IMG/VR virus record: IMGVR_UViG_3300044698_000419
Coordinates: 38,153 to 102,152 of that record
DNA from: a virus
Direction: 5' to 3' (one strand)
Length of the DNA: 64,000 nt
Shown here: piece after piece, positions 63,334 through 64,000 of the stretch
Layout of the letters: each line of letters starts with the position of its first letter
Position numbering within the stretch: the stretch's first letter is position 1
Made by a program: the position numbers and the translations under genes
Notes under the pieces: generated by a model
What the model saw: only the letters and a program-made list of their open reading frames with translations
Told to the model about the DNA's origin: nothing
The model's database searches: none

Positions 63334-64000
63334 ATGCAGATGTCCAAGTCTCTCGAAGAGATGTCACTCACGGAAATCCACACCTTCGTGAGCAACCTCG
63401 AAGCCCGCAACGAGGAGCTGACGGGGTACGTCACCGACGAGATGCGAGAGGCCGGAGAATTCGGCCGGGCCCAGCTCGCCCTGGAGGACATCGGCTGGCG
63501 TCCCCTCATGGGCCTTTCGGAGGGGGCGAACTCCTTCACCCTCGACGCCCTGCACCATGCGAGCGAGCTGTGCCGGGCCGTGGCCACGGTGAATCCCCTC
63601 GTCGGCCGTGGCCTGCGGGTGCGCACCGGCTACGTCTGGGGATCGGGCGTCAGCGTCGTTCCCAAGGAGTTCATCCAGGGACCCGGGCGCCCCCGCACCG
63701 TGAACGTCGAACCCGAGCTTCCCGAGGGGATCGAGGAAGTCCTGACGGGAACGCTCGCGCAGCTCGAACTGGAACGCAGCTCGGGCACCGACGGCAACCT
63801 CTTCTTCCTGGTGGACCGCAGGACCAAGGAAGTGCTGCGCGTCCCCTTCGAGGAGATCACGGAGGGCGTGTCACAGAAAGGCAACCGGGAGCGCCTGCTG
63901 TACATCCGCCGGACCTGGAACGACTGGGATCTGGAACTCGACTTCGATGCCGGTATCGAGCTGAATCCCATCACCGCCCCGAAGGCCGCCGCCCGGGGCC
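63334..64000 (+). CDS. Portal protein, N-terminal part (runs off the window)
   Basis: Open frame to window end; LEDIGW...NPLVGRG..VR..YVWG.G and DGNLFF resemble actinophage portals; follows terL. Confidence 0.75.
   Translation, partial: MQMSKSLEEMSLTEIHTFVSNLEARNEELTGYVTDEMREAGEFGRAQLALEDIGWRPLMGLSEGANSFTLDALHHASELCRAVATVNPLVGRGLRVRTGYVWGSGVSVVPKEFIQGPGRPRTVNVEPELPEGIEEVLTGTLAQLELERSSGTDGNLFFLVDRRTKEVLRVPFEEITEGVSQKGNRERLLYIRRTWNDWDLELDFDAGIELNPITAPKAAARG

Noticed and set aside
1-64000. tRNA genes, integrase or att sites
   Set aside because: None recognised by eye; tRNAscan-SE or ARAGORN would be needed to exclude tRNAs

Overview
This is a 64-kb slice of a large, GC-rich tailed phage of Actinomycetota, most likely Streptomyces (inferred from gene content, codon style and regulatory motifs). 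Layout: (i) two rightward genes (TerD-family; DUF6582-like) at the left edge; (ii) a ~47-kb leftward array of roughly a hundred small, mostly hypothetical early-type genes (2038-49186). It includes two HAD phosphatases, a ParB-like protein, an HNH endonuclease, a DarG-like macrodomain and ArdA-like acidic proteins; (iii) a ~2.5-kb non-coding, compositionally odd control/terminus region (49190-51730) with a boxA-like element, a hairpin-rich leader, two perfect Crp-type sites, TGACCTGC repeats and G-tracts; (iv) thyX, methyltransferases, a protealysin-like M4 protease, a terminase small subunit candidate, a terminase large subunit with a class 3 intein, and the start of the portal. Main discovery: four type II hammerhead ribozymes lie on the coding strand between early genes. 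Three share near-identical stem II arms while stems I and III covary. Two of them bracket a single 71-aa ORF, so cleavage would release a 314-nt RNA whose ends can re-form a chimeric hammerhead, a candidate self-circularising mRNA. The same transcript carries a family of intergenic long hairpins, and a 10-copy palindromic operator YGRCCTAGGYCR recurs at promoter-like sites. All calls were made by eye; no database searches were run.
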